Positions 12,801 to 25,773 of a stretch of 64,000 bases of DNA are shown here, one piece after another. This stretch comes from Cercozoa sp. M6MM (Eukaryota; Protista; Endomyxa: Ascetosporea): assembly GCA_040357565.1 (NCBI GenBank), contig JBDODJ010000010.1, one strand, 5' to 3'. Each line of letters opens with the position of its first letter. Position 1 is the first letter of the stretch. Under the pieces are notes generated by a model that saw nothing but the letters and a program-made list of their open reading frames with translations, was not told the DNA's origin and searched no databases. Position numbers and translations under genes: made by a program.

Positions 12801-15800
12801 GGAGGCAAGCGAGGAAGCCAAGTACAACCTTCTGTCTCTACCCAATCATACTGATACCGCCCTGTTACCCTACATTTTGATAGGGAGATGATGCTAGACT
12901 CGCTGCTCGCGCTGACGCACGTGGCCGAACAGGGTGAGAGCGCGCAGTTCGTCGTTCAGAATGAGGGCATCTCGGTGCTCACTGAGGTGGTCAAGTCTTT
13001 CAAAAAGGACGAGGCTGTGCTGATGCATGTGTTGGACTGCCTCGCCACGCTGACAAGCGACCCAGACTTTGCAGTGGCCTCGGCGAACTCGCAACTCATC
13101 AAGCGCGTGCTAGAAGCCATGCGTCGCAACCCCGAGGATGAGTCTGTGGTGACGTACGGCCTCGCATTCATCGACAACTCGGTCGACCAGTGTCCTGAAG
13201 GCACGGCGCGCGCACTCAAGGCGCACCGTGGTGTGCGTACCATCGCCGACGTCATCACCGAAGACGACAACCTCGAGCGGGACGCGGTGCAGCTCTACGG
13301 TCTGCGCTCGCTTGCTCACGCCGCCGTCGTTCACGAGGAGGTACCTTCCGTTGTTTGTCCTCCTGTACCCCCTCCCCGTTACCTCGCCCCCGTAGGTTTG
13401 CAAGGAGACAGCGCGTGCCGGCGTGGTGGAGCACGCGTTGGAGATGCTGCGCGAGCACGCCGACAACGCCGACATTGCCATGGCCGTGACTGAACTGCTG
13501 GAGGCGCTGTCGCGACTGCCCGAGAACTTGCAAACCTTGGTGTCGGAGGGCGCAGCCGATGCGCTGCAGTGGCTACTCGAGAACTACGGTGACGACAGCG
13601 AGCTGCTGTCGCTGGCCGAGCAGGCACTCGCGCGCATTGAAACCGGCGTCGTAGCTGACCGCGCCATTGACCGTCTGGTGGCCGACCTGCTGGCCTCGGT
13701 GGAAACCGAGGACGCGCGACATGCCTTGCAGGCGCTCTTGAATTACCTAGGCGAGCATCCGGACGAGGTTTCGTCCATCGAGATCACGCAGTCGCTGCTG
13801 GACAAGCTGATCGAGGTATTCTATCCGCTGCCTCATACCCGAACCATTTGTACCTCTTCCCGTGCAGGTGTTCAACGACCACCGAGACGATGTCGTCGCC
13901 GTCACACAAGCGGTGGATCTGGTGCAGCGCCTGGTGTTGAACAACGCGCAGATGGCCGCATTGCTGGCCGACATGGACAATGTCGAGGTGCTGACGACGA
14001 TGCTGCAGGCTGTAACGGTGCCAGACGCCTGTCTGCAGAGCGCCGAGTTGAACTTGCTCGCACTGGCTGCGCTGCGCAAGCTGGCGGCCGATCCGGGTGC
14101 ACTGCAGTCGCTGCAGCAGGCAGCGACGGTCGAAGCGATTCTCACGATGCTGAGCGAGCACCCGGACGATGCCGAGGTGCAGAAACTCGGTCTCGAGGCA
14201 CTCAATTCGATCGCCAAGGTGGATGAACTCGAGGCGGCACGTATCGCGCAACTTGGTGGTGTCGAAACGGCCTTTGCTGCGCTGGACACGCACAAGACGG
14301 ATGCTCTCGTGACGAATCGTGCCGTGACGCTCATCGAAACACTGTCGCGCCAGACGCAGGGTGACCTGTCGGCGCTCGAGTCCGTGTTCGGGGCCACGCG
14401 CAACGCTCCTGAGAACGCCACTGCGCAGGCGGCCGGTCTGCAGGCCCTCGCATTGATGGCGCGCATGTCGCCCGAGCTGCAAGGCAAGCTGTCCCAGCTA
14501 GGTGCTTTGGAGATGGCCTACACTGCCATGAAGCAGGTACACTTTGCCCTTTGATTACCCCCCTGCGCATGTAACTTGTGTTTGTGTAGCACCCGAACAA
14601 CCTGAAGGTGCTGCAAGCCGCTTCGGCTCTGGTCGACGTGTTCCGCGAGCAGCTTGAGACACACGCCGAGCCGCTGGACTACAGTCGCATGATCCTGGGC
14701 GAGATGCAGGGACACCCGGAGTCGGCGCACATCCAGGCCGTGTCTCTGCAGGCACTGGCCGCACTGGCGGCCAACGCTGGCGTCGCGTCCTTCCTAGGCG
14801 CCGAGACGGACGCCATCCAGTTGGCCATCGATGCCATGAACCAGCATCCAGAGAGCGCCGATGTGGCTCTGGCTGCCGCGCAGTTGCTAAGCAAGCTTTC
14901 GCTGGACGCGTCGCTCCGCGGCAAGTTGCTTGAACTTGGCGCCCTACCGGTCATGCAGTGGGCGGCTGATGCCTTCCCGGAGAATGCGTCGATCCAGGCG
15001 CTAGCTGCCTCATTAGAGCAACTGCTTCTCGCCGAGGAGGCCAAGCTAGTGTCGGAGGCTCCGTTGCAGGTGTGGCTCTCTTTGTTGTGAGCCATTTATC
15101 TCTTCACCCTATCGCTGGTGCAGGTGTCGTTGACGGCCGAGGAACTAATCGCGTCGTCCATGGCACCGCCGGAGGAGCCGGTGCCTCTCGAGCTCAGTGA
15201 GGAGGCACTCATTTTGGCAGCGCCGCCTCCACCGCCGGTGTGCGAGGTGGACGAGGCCTTCCTGGTTGACGACGAGGAGTTCGACCTGATGCTGCAGGCT
15301 GAGGATGTGGACGACCCGCGTGGCGCCATCTCGGTGCTCGACGATCTGACGCAGGACCGTGAAACGCTACTGCGTGCCGTTCAGCTGTTGGGTGAAAACC
15401 TCGCCGACGACGCGCTCGTGCAGGAACTCATGGACCAGGACGCCATCATCAAGCTCATCCAGGCGCTCAACAAATTCCGCGATGACCCCATCATGGTGGC
15501 CGCCATCGCGCGCGCGCTCGACCGCTTTGCCATCAACGAGGAGAACATCACCGAGATTGTTGCCAATGGCGGCATAGCTGCCCTGCTGAAGGCGCTCAAG
15601 CGGCACATGGTACACGATATCTTCCTCCCGGTCACCATTGCTGCTACTTTCCCTGCAGGATGTGCCGGACACGCTTGCGGCAGGTGTCGCGTTGCTGGGC
15701 AATCTGGCGACGAACGACCACTTGAAGGCTCTGATCGGCCTGCAGAACGGCATTAAGCTCATCGTCAAGTGCATGGAGATGTACCCGGGCGATGTGCCGC

Positions 15801-17470
15801 TGCTGGACAAGTGCTGCTACTGCTTGGCCAACCTCGTGTTCGACAACGGGCCCAACACGCGACAGTTGGTTGAACTGGGCGGTGTCCCGCTGGTGATTGA
15901 CGCCATGACGCGACACTACACTATGACGGAGCTGAACGACAGTGGCTGCATGGTGCTGTCCAACGTTTGCTACAACAACAACGAGAACAAGGCTCTCGTG
16001 TGCAAGACGGGTGGTGCGCGCGTCATCGTCAACATGATCGTGACGCATCACGAGCACAGCAAGCTCATGATGACAGGCTTCCGTGCGCTCGGCAACCTCG
16101 CCTTCCTTAAGGAGAACGTCTCCGTCATCGGTACTGCATCCTGCCTCATTCTTGTCGTGTCTTTTACCGGATATACCTTGTGTAGTGAGGGAGGGTGCCA
16201 TCCAGGCTATCATTCGGTCGATGCGCAGTAATCCGCTGGAGCAAGACCTGCTACAGCTCGCCATGGCCGTTTTGGGAAACCTCGCGTCGTCGCGCGACGC
16301 GACATGCGCCGAGGAAATCCAGCAGAGCGACGCCGTGTCGGCCGTGCTCGACGCAAGTACCGCTACCTCTACCTACTTAGCCTTCTTGCTGTGCCCTGTT
16401 ATCCTCAACCTGACACAGGTCGCGCACATACGGACAATGTGGCGCTCCAGATGGCCGCTCTGGGCTGTCTTGGCAACCTTAGCGGTCTTGGTGACAACGC
16501 CACGCGCATCTGTCGCGCCAAGCATGGCATCCAGCACGTGCTTAAGATCATGCAATCGCTTGACTGGGACGGTAAGCTGGCTGTACTATGGTTGCTCTCT
16601 CATTTCCTCTTACTCTTTTTCCTCCGACAGAGAAACTCGTGACGGTGTCACTCAAGCTGATTGGCGCACTGGCCAACAACGAGCAAAACGTGGAGCGAAT
16701 TCTGGCGGCCAAGGGACCCAAGGCCGTGGTGAAGACGATGCGCGCGCAGAGCGAGGCGCCGCTGCTGAAGCTCGCACTCAATGTTCTGTCTCGTCTCGCT
16801 ATCAGCAACGAGTCCTCAGCGGCCGTGGCGCGACAAGGCGCCATCAAGGCGGCCATCGACGCCATGGCGGCCTACCCGTCGGACATGAAGCTGCAGATCG
16901 ACGCGATTCGCGTGCTGATGAATCTGTCGCTCATGGAGGACAACGCCAAGGTGATCGCCGGTAACGCCACCGTCCACGTCATCAAGCTTATGAACGACAA
17001 CGTCAACGACCAGGTGATCTTGCAGGTGGCCGCCGGCTTCCTCGGAAACCTAGCCGTGTTCGGCGAGGCCTCCGAGGTCATGGTGTCTCACGGCGTGTGC
17101 GGTGTCGTGCTCAAGGCCGCCAAGGCTAATCTAGACTTCCCGAACCTGCTGACGAAGCTCATCCGCATGCTGAGCAACATGCTCATGACCACGGAGGGCA
17201 GCGCCAAGCAGGCACTCATCGAAAAGAAGGGCATCAAGACTGTGCGAGGCGTGCAGTCCCTGCATCCCAACAACGTCGCGCTCAAGAAGGCTTGCGAGAC
17301 TTTCATCAAGAAGATGACGGAAATCGATAAGCCCAAGCAACAGAAGCAGACTGTGATCCTCAGCATCCGCGACCAGGTGCCCAACGTCATGCGCAACATG
17401 ATCCTTTCGGGCTCCATTATGCGCAAGTTCTGCAAGTCTTCGGCTCCGCGCAAGCGCCAGATCAGGTGCC

Positions 17471-17557
<87 letters not shown>

Positions 17558-17567
17558 NNNNNNNNNN

Positions 17568-17615
<48 letters not shown>

Positions 17616-17947
17616 TGCACCGCTTGCCTTGTGCGCACAGAATCAGCGATGATTTTGAGGCCTTGCTGTGGGAGGACCCGAAGAACAAGAAGCCGCCGCA
17701 CTCGATGCCGATCCAAGCCATCACGGACGTCAAGGTCGGCGCCTCCACCATGCAGCTTAAGCGAAAGATGCTCGGTCACAAGAGCGCCGTGCCCGAGCGC
17801 TCCTTTGCCGTCTACGCTGTCGACTCGCGCAAGCAGCCGTTCACTCTGAACCTCGAGGCCAAGAGCGTTGTTGAGATGGAGCGATGGGTTGAGGCTCTCA
17901 GATTGCTCATGCAGCTGCACGCGCCCTCGGGCTTCCGTGCCGTCTGA
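9895..17947 (+). CDS. Giant armadillo-repeat protein with a Pro/acidic linker and C-terminal PH domain; glideosome-associated connector (GAC)-like
   Basis: ATG at 9895 (MSS|RFSNIGRDDDEIRRVVHSIEEKPKFARLVEYSLNCL). About 20 short GT-AG introns join long GC-rich exons with repeated ARM signatures (GGIAALLKAL...H, LLGNLA, ALGNLA, H-P-D turns). Linker APPEEPVP...APPPPPV..DEEF at ~15160-15290. PH domain GSIMRKFCKSSAPRKRQIR|ISDDFEALLWEDPK...SFAVY...LNLEAKSVVEMERWVEAL. Stop TGA at 17945-17947. Confidence 0.85.
17473..17613 (+). repeat. (TG)n microsatellite in the last intron of the ARM-PH gene
   Basis: Direct reading; contains a 10-N gap. Confidence 0.95.
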
Positions 17948-18186
17948 TTTCGTTTCCTTGCCTTGCTCAAGTCACATTTTGCGTGCTTGTCCGAGTGCAA
18001 TATTGTCTTAATGGATTTTGACTCACACTACGCTGCCGTACGAGTACTTCAACATCAACGAACCAATCTACTTGACTAACTAGGTTTGCTTGCTCCGCGC
18101 GGAACCGAACACGGCGGGTCGCAACATTTTTGTTGCGGTCGGGTCGGGTACGGGCTGGAATTCAAAATTCAAAACAGCTAACTGGT

Positions 18187-18641
18187 TGTTACTGACGGTT
18201 GTCAGTGAAAAGAACTAAATAAAAGAAGTAAGTCGTCAATTTGTAGAAGCGAAGTGAAGAATTACCCCAACTGGGTTCTTACGTCAATCTAGACGGAGTT
18301 GTAGACGGAATCTTCCATCACAGGGAAATCGTGGGAAGATTTAACAAAAAAACCCTTCTCTCTACAGCAGCCAATGCTTACTTGTAGAGGTGGATATCAG
18401 TACAAACTGCAGAGCAACTGACCAGCTGATGCCAAGTAGATGAGGTTTTCTCTTTGCCAACTGGCTCAATCTACATACAGGACAGGCTTTCAGACAGGTC
18501 CAGTCACAGCTCTATAGGCAGTAGTACCGCAGAGCCGCAAACTCTTAACTCTTCTTTCTCTTTTGCTTCAATGATAGTGGACCAACTGGTCTGTCTGGGT
18601 TCATCCCCGCGAGACTGCATAATCCGAGTCAGTCTGTAACA
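18187..18641 (+). mobile_element. Solo-LTR-like element (455 bp), family A
   Basis: Termini TGTTAC...GTAACA with 4-bp TSD TGGT (18183-18186 and 18642-18645). Reverse-complement homologue at 41137-41484. Confidence 0.85.
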
Positions 18642-18784
18642 TGGTAACTCAGCTCACCCGGCAAGCTTAAGGTTCCGCCGGTCGGTTGGTGCGCACCCGC
18701 ACACGGCGGCATTGTCCGCGGCAGCGTACTGGCTGCTGGCTCGACTCGGTGACACGCGCGTGTGCTGAGCGCGAGTCACTTGAC

Positions 18785-19217
18785 TTAAAAAACCTCCTGC
18801 ATGAGCCACGTGCGCACGATCTCAAAGCGTTGTCGCACGGTGTGGTGCTAAACGAAAGAATAAATCATGCACAAGTAAAGAAATTGATTCAAGAAAAACA
18901 AGGAACCGGCTGAACTTGAAACCAAATGTCGTTTTCGATCTCCTGCAGCCGCTCGCTCTGCCACGTGAGCAGACGGTGGTGCCGCCGCCGCTGCACGATC
19001 GAGAGCAAGCAGTAGTAGTCAAACAGCAGGGCACCAAACGACTCATCGTCCATCTGTGTAGAAAACGAATAATTCTAAAACGATCGGAATAGCAGCAAAA
19101 GATGATTGACCTCGTTGTTTCCGGTGCTCTCGGTGGCGACGCTGCCCAGGTGCTCCAACAACACAAAGTAAATGTGCCGCACGATCTGACGTGCGTCCAC
19201 CGAGTGATCTAAGAGGC

Positions 19218-19266
<49 letters not shown>

Positions 19267-19276
19267 NNNNNNNNNN

Positions 19277-19339
<63 letters not shown>

Positions 19340-21201
19340 GTCATAGGTGGTGGTCGTAGAAGCAAGCATGGTACTGTTGTAGGGCAAGCCATCATTCACG
19401 AAAGCCTTTCGCAGACCCCAATAGCCTCCTGCCACCAATACTGCACACCACAGGCACCAGAGTAAACGGAAGAAAAGGGGAGGGCTAACGAGTGTGGGCA
19501 AAGGTTACAGCCAGCGGGCAGCATGGCGGTCAGACCAGCGGTGATTTCATTGGCATCGATGAGTTGTGACGTCTCGAACAGCACTTGGTCGAGCTGCAGC
19601 CGCGTGTTTTGCACCTGCAGCATCAGCGCGCTAGGCAGCGCCGCGAACTGCATCGGACTGGCCAGGCCCTTCTCGACCTTCTGATTGACGAAGGACATGT
19701 CGAGACGTGACACAGCATCGTCAATCTGCGACTTTGTCAGTCTGAAGGAGCAGGAAGTAAAGAGGGTAACGTGGGCAAACGGAATATGGAAGGAGCTACT
19801 GTCCATCGCCGTGCTTGACGAGAAAGTCGCGCAGCAGACGTTCGTTGTGCGCACGCATCTCGAGAATCTGTGGCAGCGACTGCACGTCCAATGCCTGCGC
19901 ACATGCGATGGTTAAAAGGGAGGAGCAGAGGACAGAGGTATAAGCGAAATGGGAGGAACCTGCGGCGCAAATAACCGGCGATAGATGTCGCACAACGGTT
20001 GCCAGAGATTCTCGTTGAGCACCTGGGGCGGGACAGAAGTCAGCAGAAAATGTTGAGAAAGGAAGCGCTAGGGTAAAAGAGCAAAGGTACCTGTCGCACT
20101 GCATCATAGGTGCCAACAGCAAAACGCCACAGCACAGAGCCATGTCTATACGGATATAACAAGGTGACAACGGGCAACGAGGCACAAACGAGCCAGAAAG
20201 GGGTAGACACACCGCCACATGAGTCGCGACACGCCGAGACAGGCGGCAGCACCCAGGGAGTAATGCACCCAGTGACGGTTGAAGTGCGATGGCTTGTGGA
20301 AGTTGCGCGCGCGCTGCACTTGCGCTTGTTCGCGCAGGTCCTATGGGGCGGGGAAAAGAGTAAGAAGGCAAAAAAGGTACAAAAAGTGCGACAATACCAA
20401 CATGCGCAAGGTATCTCGCACCAACGCGAGTGTGCGGTAGGCGTCCCACGTGGCCCAGGAGTCCCGCTCACCGTGCGAACTGTTAGACCCGTGCACCTGC
20501 ACAAGGTTCACATTGGTTAACAGAGTGTAACAACAGCACTCGGATAAATATACCGAATCAGCCGAGGGTGGCGGCGCCACGTTTAGAAGGGACAGATCAG
20601 CGATCTCCGAGACACGTCTAGAAGCCAGGTAAACGGAGACATGTGAAGGGCAAAGAGGAAAGGTACTGCTGCATGGCGTTAATGCGCTCACGTAGTGTGT
20701 ACACCTCAGCGTACTCCTCGCGCACCTTTCCAATACACAATACACTGGGTGCAGAACCAGATATACTTGTTCGGGGCAACACAGATGTACCTGTTGCTGT
20801 ACTCGCTCCAACTCGGATTTCATTTCCTCCACCACCGCCTGTTCTTGCTCCTATCCAAGAGGTGAGCAAGAGGTAAATGAGGAAACAGGGAATCGGAAAA
20901 GGGGTACCGAAGACTCTTCGCCGAGTTCCGAGCGTGCTTGTGCAACCTGCTGACGCCTGCGACGTCAAGGGGTAAACATACAGGGGCCAGAACAAAAGGC
21001 AGGGAAAACAGTGCATACGCTACCGTTCAAGCAGCTGCGCTTCGATAGTTTCCAGTTCGGCCAGGCCGGTGCCTGTCTCTTCTATATATACAGGCAAAGG
21101 TGGGGTGAGGAGGTAAAGAGAATAAATAACGTCTAAGGATACCGTCGTCGAGGTGCTCCATCGCTTGCCGCACTGGGTAACCTTCGTCGTGTAGGATGCC
21201 T

Positions 21202-21285
<84 letters not shown>

Positions 21286-23204
21286 TGTGTGTATGTGGGT
21301 GTGTGTCACACGAAAGGATAAAGGAGGTTTAGGAGAGGGTATATTTCGGCAGGTACCCTTCAGCAGTTCCTCGTATAACCAATGCGTGTGTTTCACGAAT
21401 GACGACGTTTCCTGCAGCAACATGTGGGTAACAGGGAAGCAGGAGGAGTACAACCAACAGTACCGAGTAATTATTTGAGGGCGAAGGTGACAACTCGAAC
21501 GATCGCACGTTCTGCACGAGCACCAAAGGTATAGATGGGCGAACGGAGCCGAGGAAAGTCGATAGGTAAGGTACATCTCGCGGAGCTGCAGGCGCGAACT
21601 CAGGCTGCATGCAATTGAGAAGCGTCAAGGAGCAAGCAATAAAGAGGGTAAAATCGGTTAGAGTACCGAAAACCCAAGCTGTTCACGACCCAGCAACATC
21701 GGCGTCCTCTCCGGGTCTGCCAGAAGATGTCACATGTACAAGCCAGCAGATTGCCAGTCATTCAATCCGTGTGTACCACCGCTGACGGCTGGTTTGGCAG
21801 GAGCAGTGCTGCACCGTGTCAGGTATGTTAAGAACAAGGAAAGGTTTAATGCAGTCAAGCCAACCTCGGCGGCGCAGAGAACTCATGTCGACGAGGCACG
21901 TCAAAGGTCTTCACACAACCGTGCATGCCCACAGACTACCACACAACAGTTCGAGGGATAGTACACGTGAGAGACGCAGAACGTCGAGCCTGCGACTCGC
22001 TTCGCCTGCCTGTACCGTAGACATAGTAGAGATACGGGGTGAAGGGGACTAAAAGGCTACCTCTGCCAGCAGACGGCGTCGACAGCTACCCACATATGCA
22101 TGTGTACAAGAAACCGGAGGTGTGGTAGGGCAAGGTAAGTGTACCTGGAGATGCCATTGATCATTTGAGATGCTGTGCTGCGGTACTCTGTGGGAGAGTA
22201 GCGACGGAGAGGGAAGGGTTATCGGGTAACGGGGTAACGGAGGGAAAGGTTTACCAATCACAACGGCTGCCATTCGCTGTGACACGGAGAAACTGTTGTG
22301 CGCAAAGAAGGCAGACCACGTTGATCGCTACAGGGAACCAAACGCACATATCGACCACCCAGCGACCACCCAGCGATCACACACAGAACTACACGGGTTA
22401 CCGCGCACTGCACGGGGCCGCGTTCGATAAAGGCACGGAACGGCGTCGACAGGCGTGAGTGCCAGTAACCTGGCAGGGCGACAAGGAACAACGGGTGACA
22501 AGAATAACGGGGGGGGGGGTAATGCAATAAGTGGAACAGCATGCGTCGACTTACTCTCATGCGGCTGCAGACGAAGTAGTGCATCAAAGCACCAAACCTA
22601 TAGTGAGTGGATAAGATAAACGCGGGGGGGGGTAGCATGGGTGGCAGCAAACTAACCTGGTGTGTCAATAGCAAGAGTGTAGACATTTCGCATGCGAAAA
22701 GCGCCAGCGCTGAACGGAGCTGTCGATCGCTCAACGTGCATCCAGTGCTGCCAAAGAAAAGGGCATGGGAGAAGGCAGGGGCAAAGATATGGGTAAGTGG
22801 CAAAGGAGTATAAAGAAGAGATGCTGTGGGAGAATAGCGGCACGAACTTGAGCGCAGCGTCCACGTCGTCGAGCAATCGCGCCGCGATACTCTTCGCCTC
22901 GCTCTGCCAAGTAGGGGAAGCATAAATAGATCCAAGGGAAAGGAAGCTGTCAGAAACATACGAGACCGCTCCGACCGCGCAGCCACAGCGCACGAGTTGC
23001 CTGTCCAGTCACAAACGTGGATGTTCACTCTGATCGCAAGAATATAAACCATGTGGTGACAGTTGTTGTACGTGAGAGCGCACGGTGCGCAGTGCTGTGT
23101 CAATCGCCTGCGCCACGCAGTCTTTCTGCCAGCACAAAACACATGTACAGGTGCACACATACGAACAGAACGTGCTCTACCTCCTGGGCACGACGGCTCA
23201 GCAT
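18785..23204 (-). CDS. NCA2: NCA2/DGS1 family mitochondrial membrane protein; 5' end uncertain
   Basis: SPMQFAALPSALMLQVQNTRLQLDQVLFETSQLIDANEITAGLTAMLPA (19510-19660) matches the NCA2/DGS1 core (L.IQVQK.K.D......DQIL.ANE.....LA.LPA). Many short exons. Stop TAA at 18785-18787. Confidence 0.7.
19219..19336. repeat. (CA)n intronic microsatellite
   Basis: Direct reading. Confidence 0.95.
21204..21306. repeat. (TG)n intronic microsatellite
   Basis: Direct reading. Confidence 0.95.
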
Positions 23205-23533
23205 GGCCTCGATCTAAACATCGTGATTATATGGATACATCGTATCATATGACACATCGATTTCAGTTTGCCAGTGGGACAAAATGCGTTACTTCGGAGC
23301 GCTTCATGCTGCGCGAGCAGATCCTGTGTTTAGAGGACTCCCACTGGTGCTGTTTAGGAAGCCTCAAAGCTGCTGCGGTCGAGAACGCCCAGGCAGCCGG
23401 CTCCAAACCACTATTTTCGCGAGCCGATACTGTAGGCACTGTGCTGCAAACACGAAGCGACTAATCGATGAGTGTGTGCTTGATTGGCTGCGTATATTTT
23501 GGCTAACAGGTGTAGCTTTCGACGTGGGAAAAC

Positions 23534-24049
23534 ATGAAGTTTGAGGACTTTGACGACTTTGAGACAGCCGCACTTCGAATCTTCGCTGCTGATCCAGTCA
23601 AGGTATTTTCATGTGCTTTGTACATGCTTCAGTACACGTTTGTTCTGGGTTTGGACCCAAAGGCGCGCTACACAGTTCGGCACCGACATGCCGATGCTGA
23701 GGTGTTTGCGAAGGTATCCACCCCAGAAAACTCTTGTTTGGTAATGCCGAAAAATGTCTGCTTTTATTTAGGTAACAGACAACACCAGAGTAGCACAATT
23801 CGTTGCTCGCACCGCCGAAGAGGTCAAATCGATGCACCACGATCGTATGTGCGTATTAAGATGCATAACTGTGTTTTGTAGGCGTTGCAGTTGACTCGTT
23901 TCAGCGTGCTTTTCGCGCGTCTCTGTGCGGCGAAGCAGTCACTCACGGCCGAAGCTGTTGCTGAGCTGAGGGGTACATTTCCTGCTATTTGTTGGGACTA
24001 AATGCTGCTCAAGCAAGTTATGTTTGTAGAAGCGTGCATGTCGTCATAA
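23534..24049 (+). CDS. SRP9: Signal recognition particle 9 kDa subunit
   Basis: MKFEDFDDFETAALRIFAADPVK|ARYTVRHRHADAEVFAK|VTDNTRVAQF matches the SRP9 pattern (F...A..L...DP...R....Y.H......KVTD). Confidence 0.85.
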
Positions 24050-24094
24050 ACCAATTGGCTGGAAGTTTTAATACTAATTAGGTGCCTCGTCATA

Positions 24095-24282
24095 GGACCA
24101 TAGTTTCTTCAGTCCTGACTGGGGTGGATCACAAGTGCATAGCCGTATTCCATCGCCCGCTTAGGGTAGGGCCATGGCCATCTAACTCCCCTTTTAGTTT
24201 CCCAGGAGTCAGTTCGTTGAATCTTGTCATGGTTCCCCGCCCCGGACTGGTGCGGGGGAACTACTTACTGTAGTTGGTTTCA
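24095..24282. mobile_element. Two degenerate, oppositely oriented fragments of the LINE 3'-end (SINE-like) repeat
   Basis: GACTGGGGTGGATCACAAG..CGCCCGCTTAGGGTAGG..AACTCCCCTTTT matches 28680-28750. CCCCGGACTGGTGCGGGGGAACTAC matches 40545-40568. Confidence 0.75.
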
Positions 24283-24322
24283 AACAAGGCAGGGGTGCCA
24301 ACTAGTGACGTGATTCCCCGAC

Positions 24323-25773
24323 CTAGTCAGATTCCGAGTCTGACGAGCTGGAGTCGTCGGATGACGAGGATCCGTAGCCACTAAGCAAACCGCCAGGTTG
24401 CTTATCTTCCCGCTGTTGCTGTTGTCGCTGCTGTTGTTGTTTTGAGGCACCCAGTGCGCCAACAACGGATGGCAATCGCAGGCGACGGCGTGGTGCAACA
24501 GGATTTTTTGTCCGCGGCGCTTCGTTGCTTGTTTCAGCTGGCACAGGCTGCTTGATAGCGGGCTTTTCGGCTTCCTGTTTTGTCTGCGCTACCGGTACGT
24601 GTTCTTGCTTTTGCTCTGCTGTTGTCGTTTCCTTTGCGAAAAACCGCCGACGTCGTTTCGGCAGCGGCACCTTACCGATTTTTTCGTTTTCATTGTTTTG
24701 GGCATCCTTGTTGTCGGATTCTTGAAAGCCGGCATCTGGTCGAAGACGCTTCTGTCGAATCGCGCGCAGTTTCATACGTGCTTGTTCGGCATCTTGGAGT
24801 CGCAGTTCCTGCAATTTCGTCCGGAAATACTGAGCAGGATTATTTTTCGGAAACCATGCAGTACCTCCTCGGTCTTCGGGGCCGCTGTTTTATCAGCCTG
24901 TTCGTCGCTGCGCAGACTGGCGACTAACTGGTCCATCGTCAACGAGCGTGCCCTTTAAAAAACGAAACAACACGGGTAAACGCAAAGGGGTAAGGGCAGA
25001 GGGTAAGGATCGAGGGCAAGGGCAAGGGCAAGGCAAGGGCAAGGGCAAGGCAAGGGCAAGGGCAAGGCAAGGGCAAGGCAAGGGCAAGAGCAACAAGGTA
25101 GATAGGGTAAAGGGTGGTACTTGCGAGAACGGTCACGCAGCATTTCGATTTCGTCCATAAACTCAAGTTCGCGCTTGTGTGCCTCAGTTCGCTTTTGAAA
25201 CTTCAGCAGCGCATCTCGCTCCTGTTCATCCAGTTCCTCTTGTTTCTCCTTCTCAGCCAACACATGTCGTTTGCTCCAACTGCACAGACAACAGGCATTC
25301 ACCACTCAAGCACAGAAAAGGTGTAGGGTACAGCTCAGCCAGTCGGTGACCACCGCGTTCCATGACGTAGTCGCAGTTTTCGGGGTCAGTGGCAAACACA
25401 ATGTCTGCTTTGCAGACCTGCTTACAAGGGTGTACCTGTATAATAGTGTAAGCTCAGTGATCAATGGATTTTACCTTACACCGAAAGAAGAAACGGTATC
25501 GACGCACGGCTCCAAGGTAATCGGCGCCTTGAATGTACTCAAGCTTCATGTTAAACTTGGTGTTGCGACCGATAAAACTCGCGCACGTATTGCACTACAT
25601 TTTTTACAACGTAAACAGAACGTATGGAAGTTCAAGATGAAGTGCACCTGGATGCCAAACGGAGTCATCATGCGAACGACAATGTCCTGATTCTTAAAGG
25701 ACGGCTTTCTGGCGAGCTTCGAGGGATCGAAGTCCACGGGGTAGTACTTCGAGATGACCTTTCGCTCCGACAT
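24323..25773 (-). CDS. YJU2: Splicing factor YJU2/CWC16 (CCDC94)
   Basis: [19 protein letters not shown]...[11 protein letters not shown]|[15 protein letters not shown]...YRFFFRC...[11 protein letters not shown]-terminus [15 protein letters not shown]. Confidence 0.9.
25014..25093. repeat. (GGGCAA/GGCAA)n intronic tandem repeat
   Basis: Direct reading. Confidence 0.9.

Noticed and set aside
10295-17453. Long antisense ORFs over the ARM-PH gene
   Set aside because: Expected shadow ORFs of GC-rich biased codon usage; no independent motifs.
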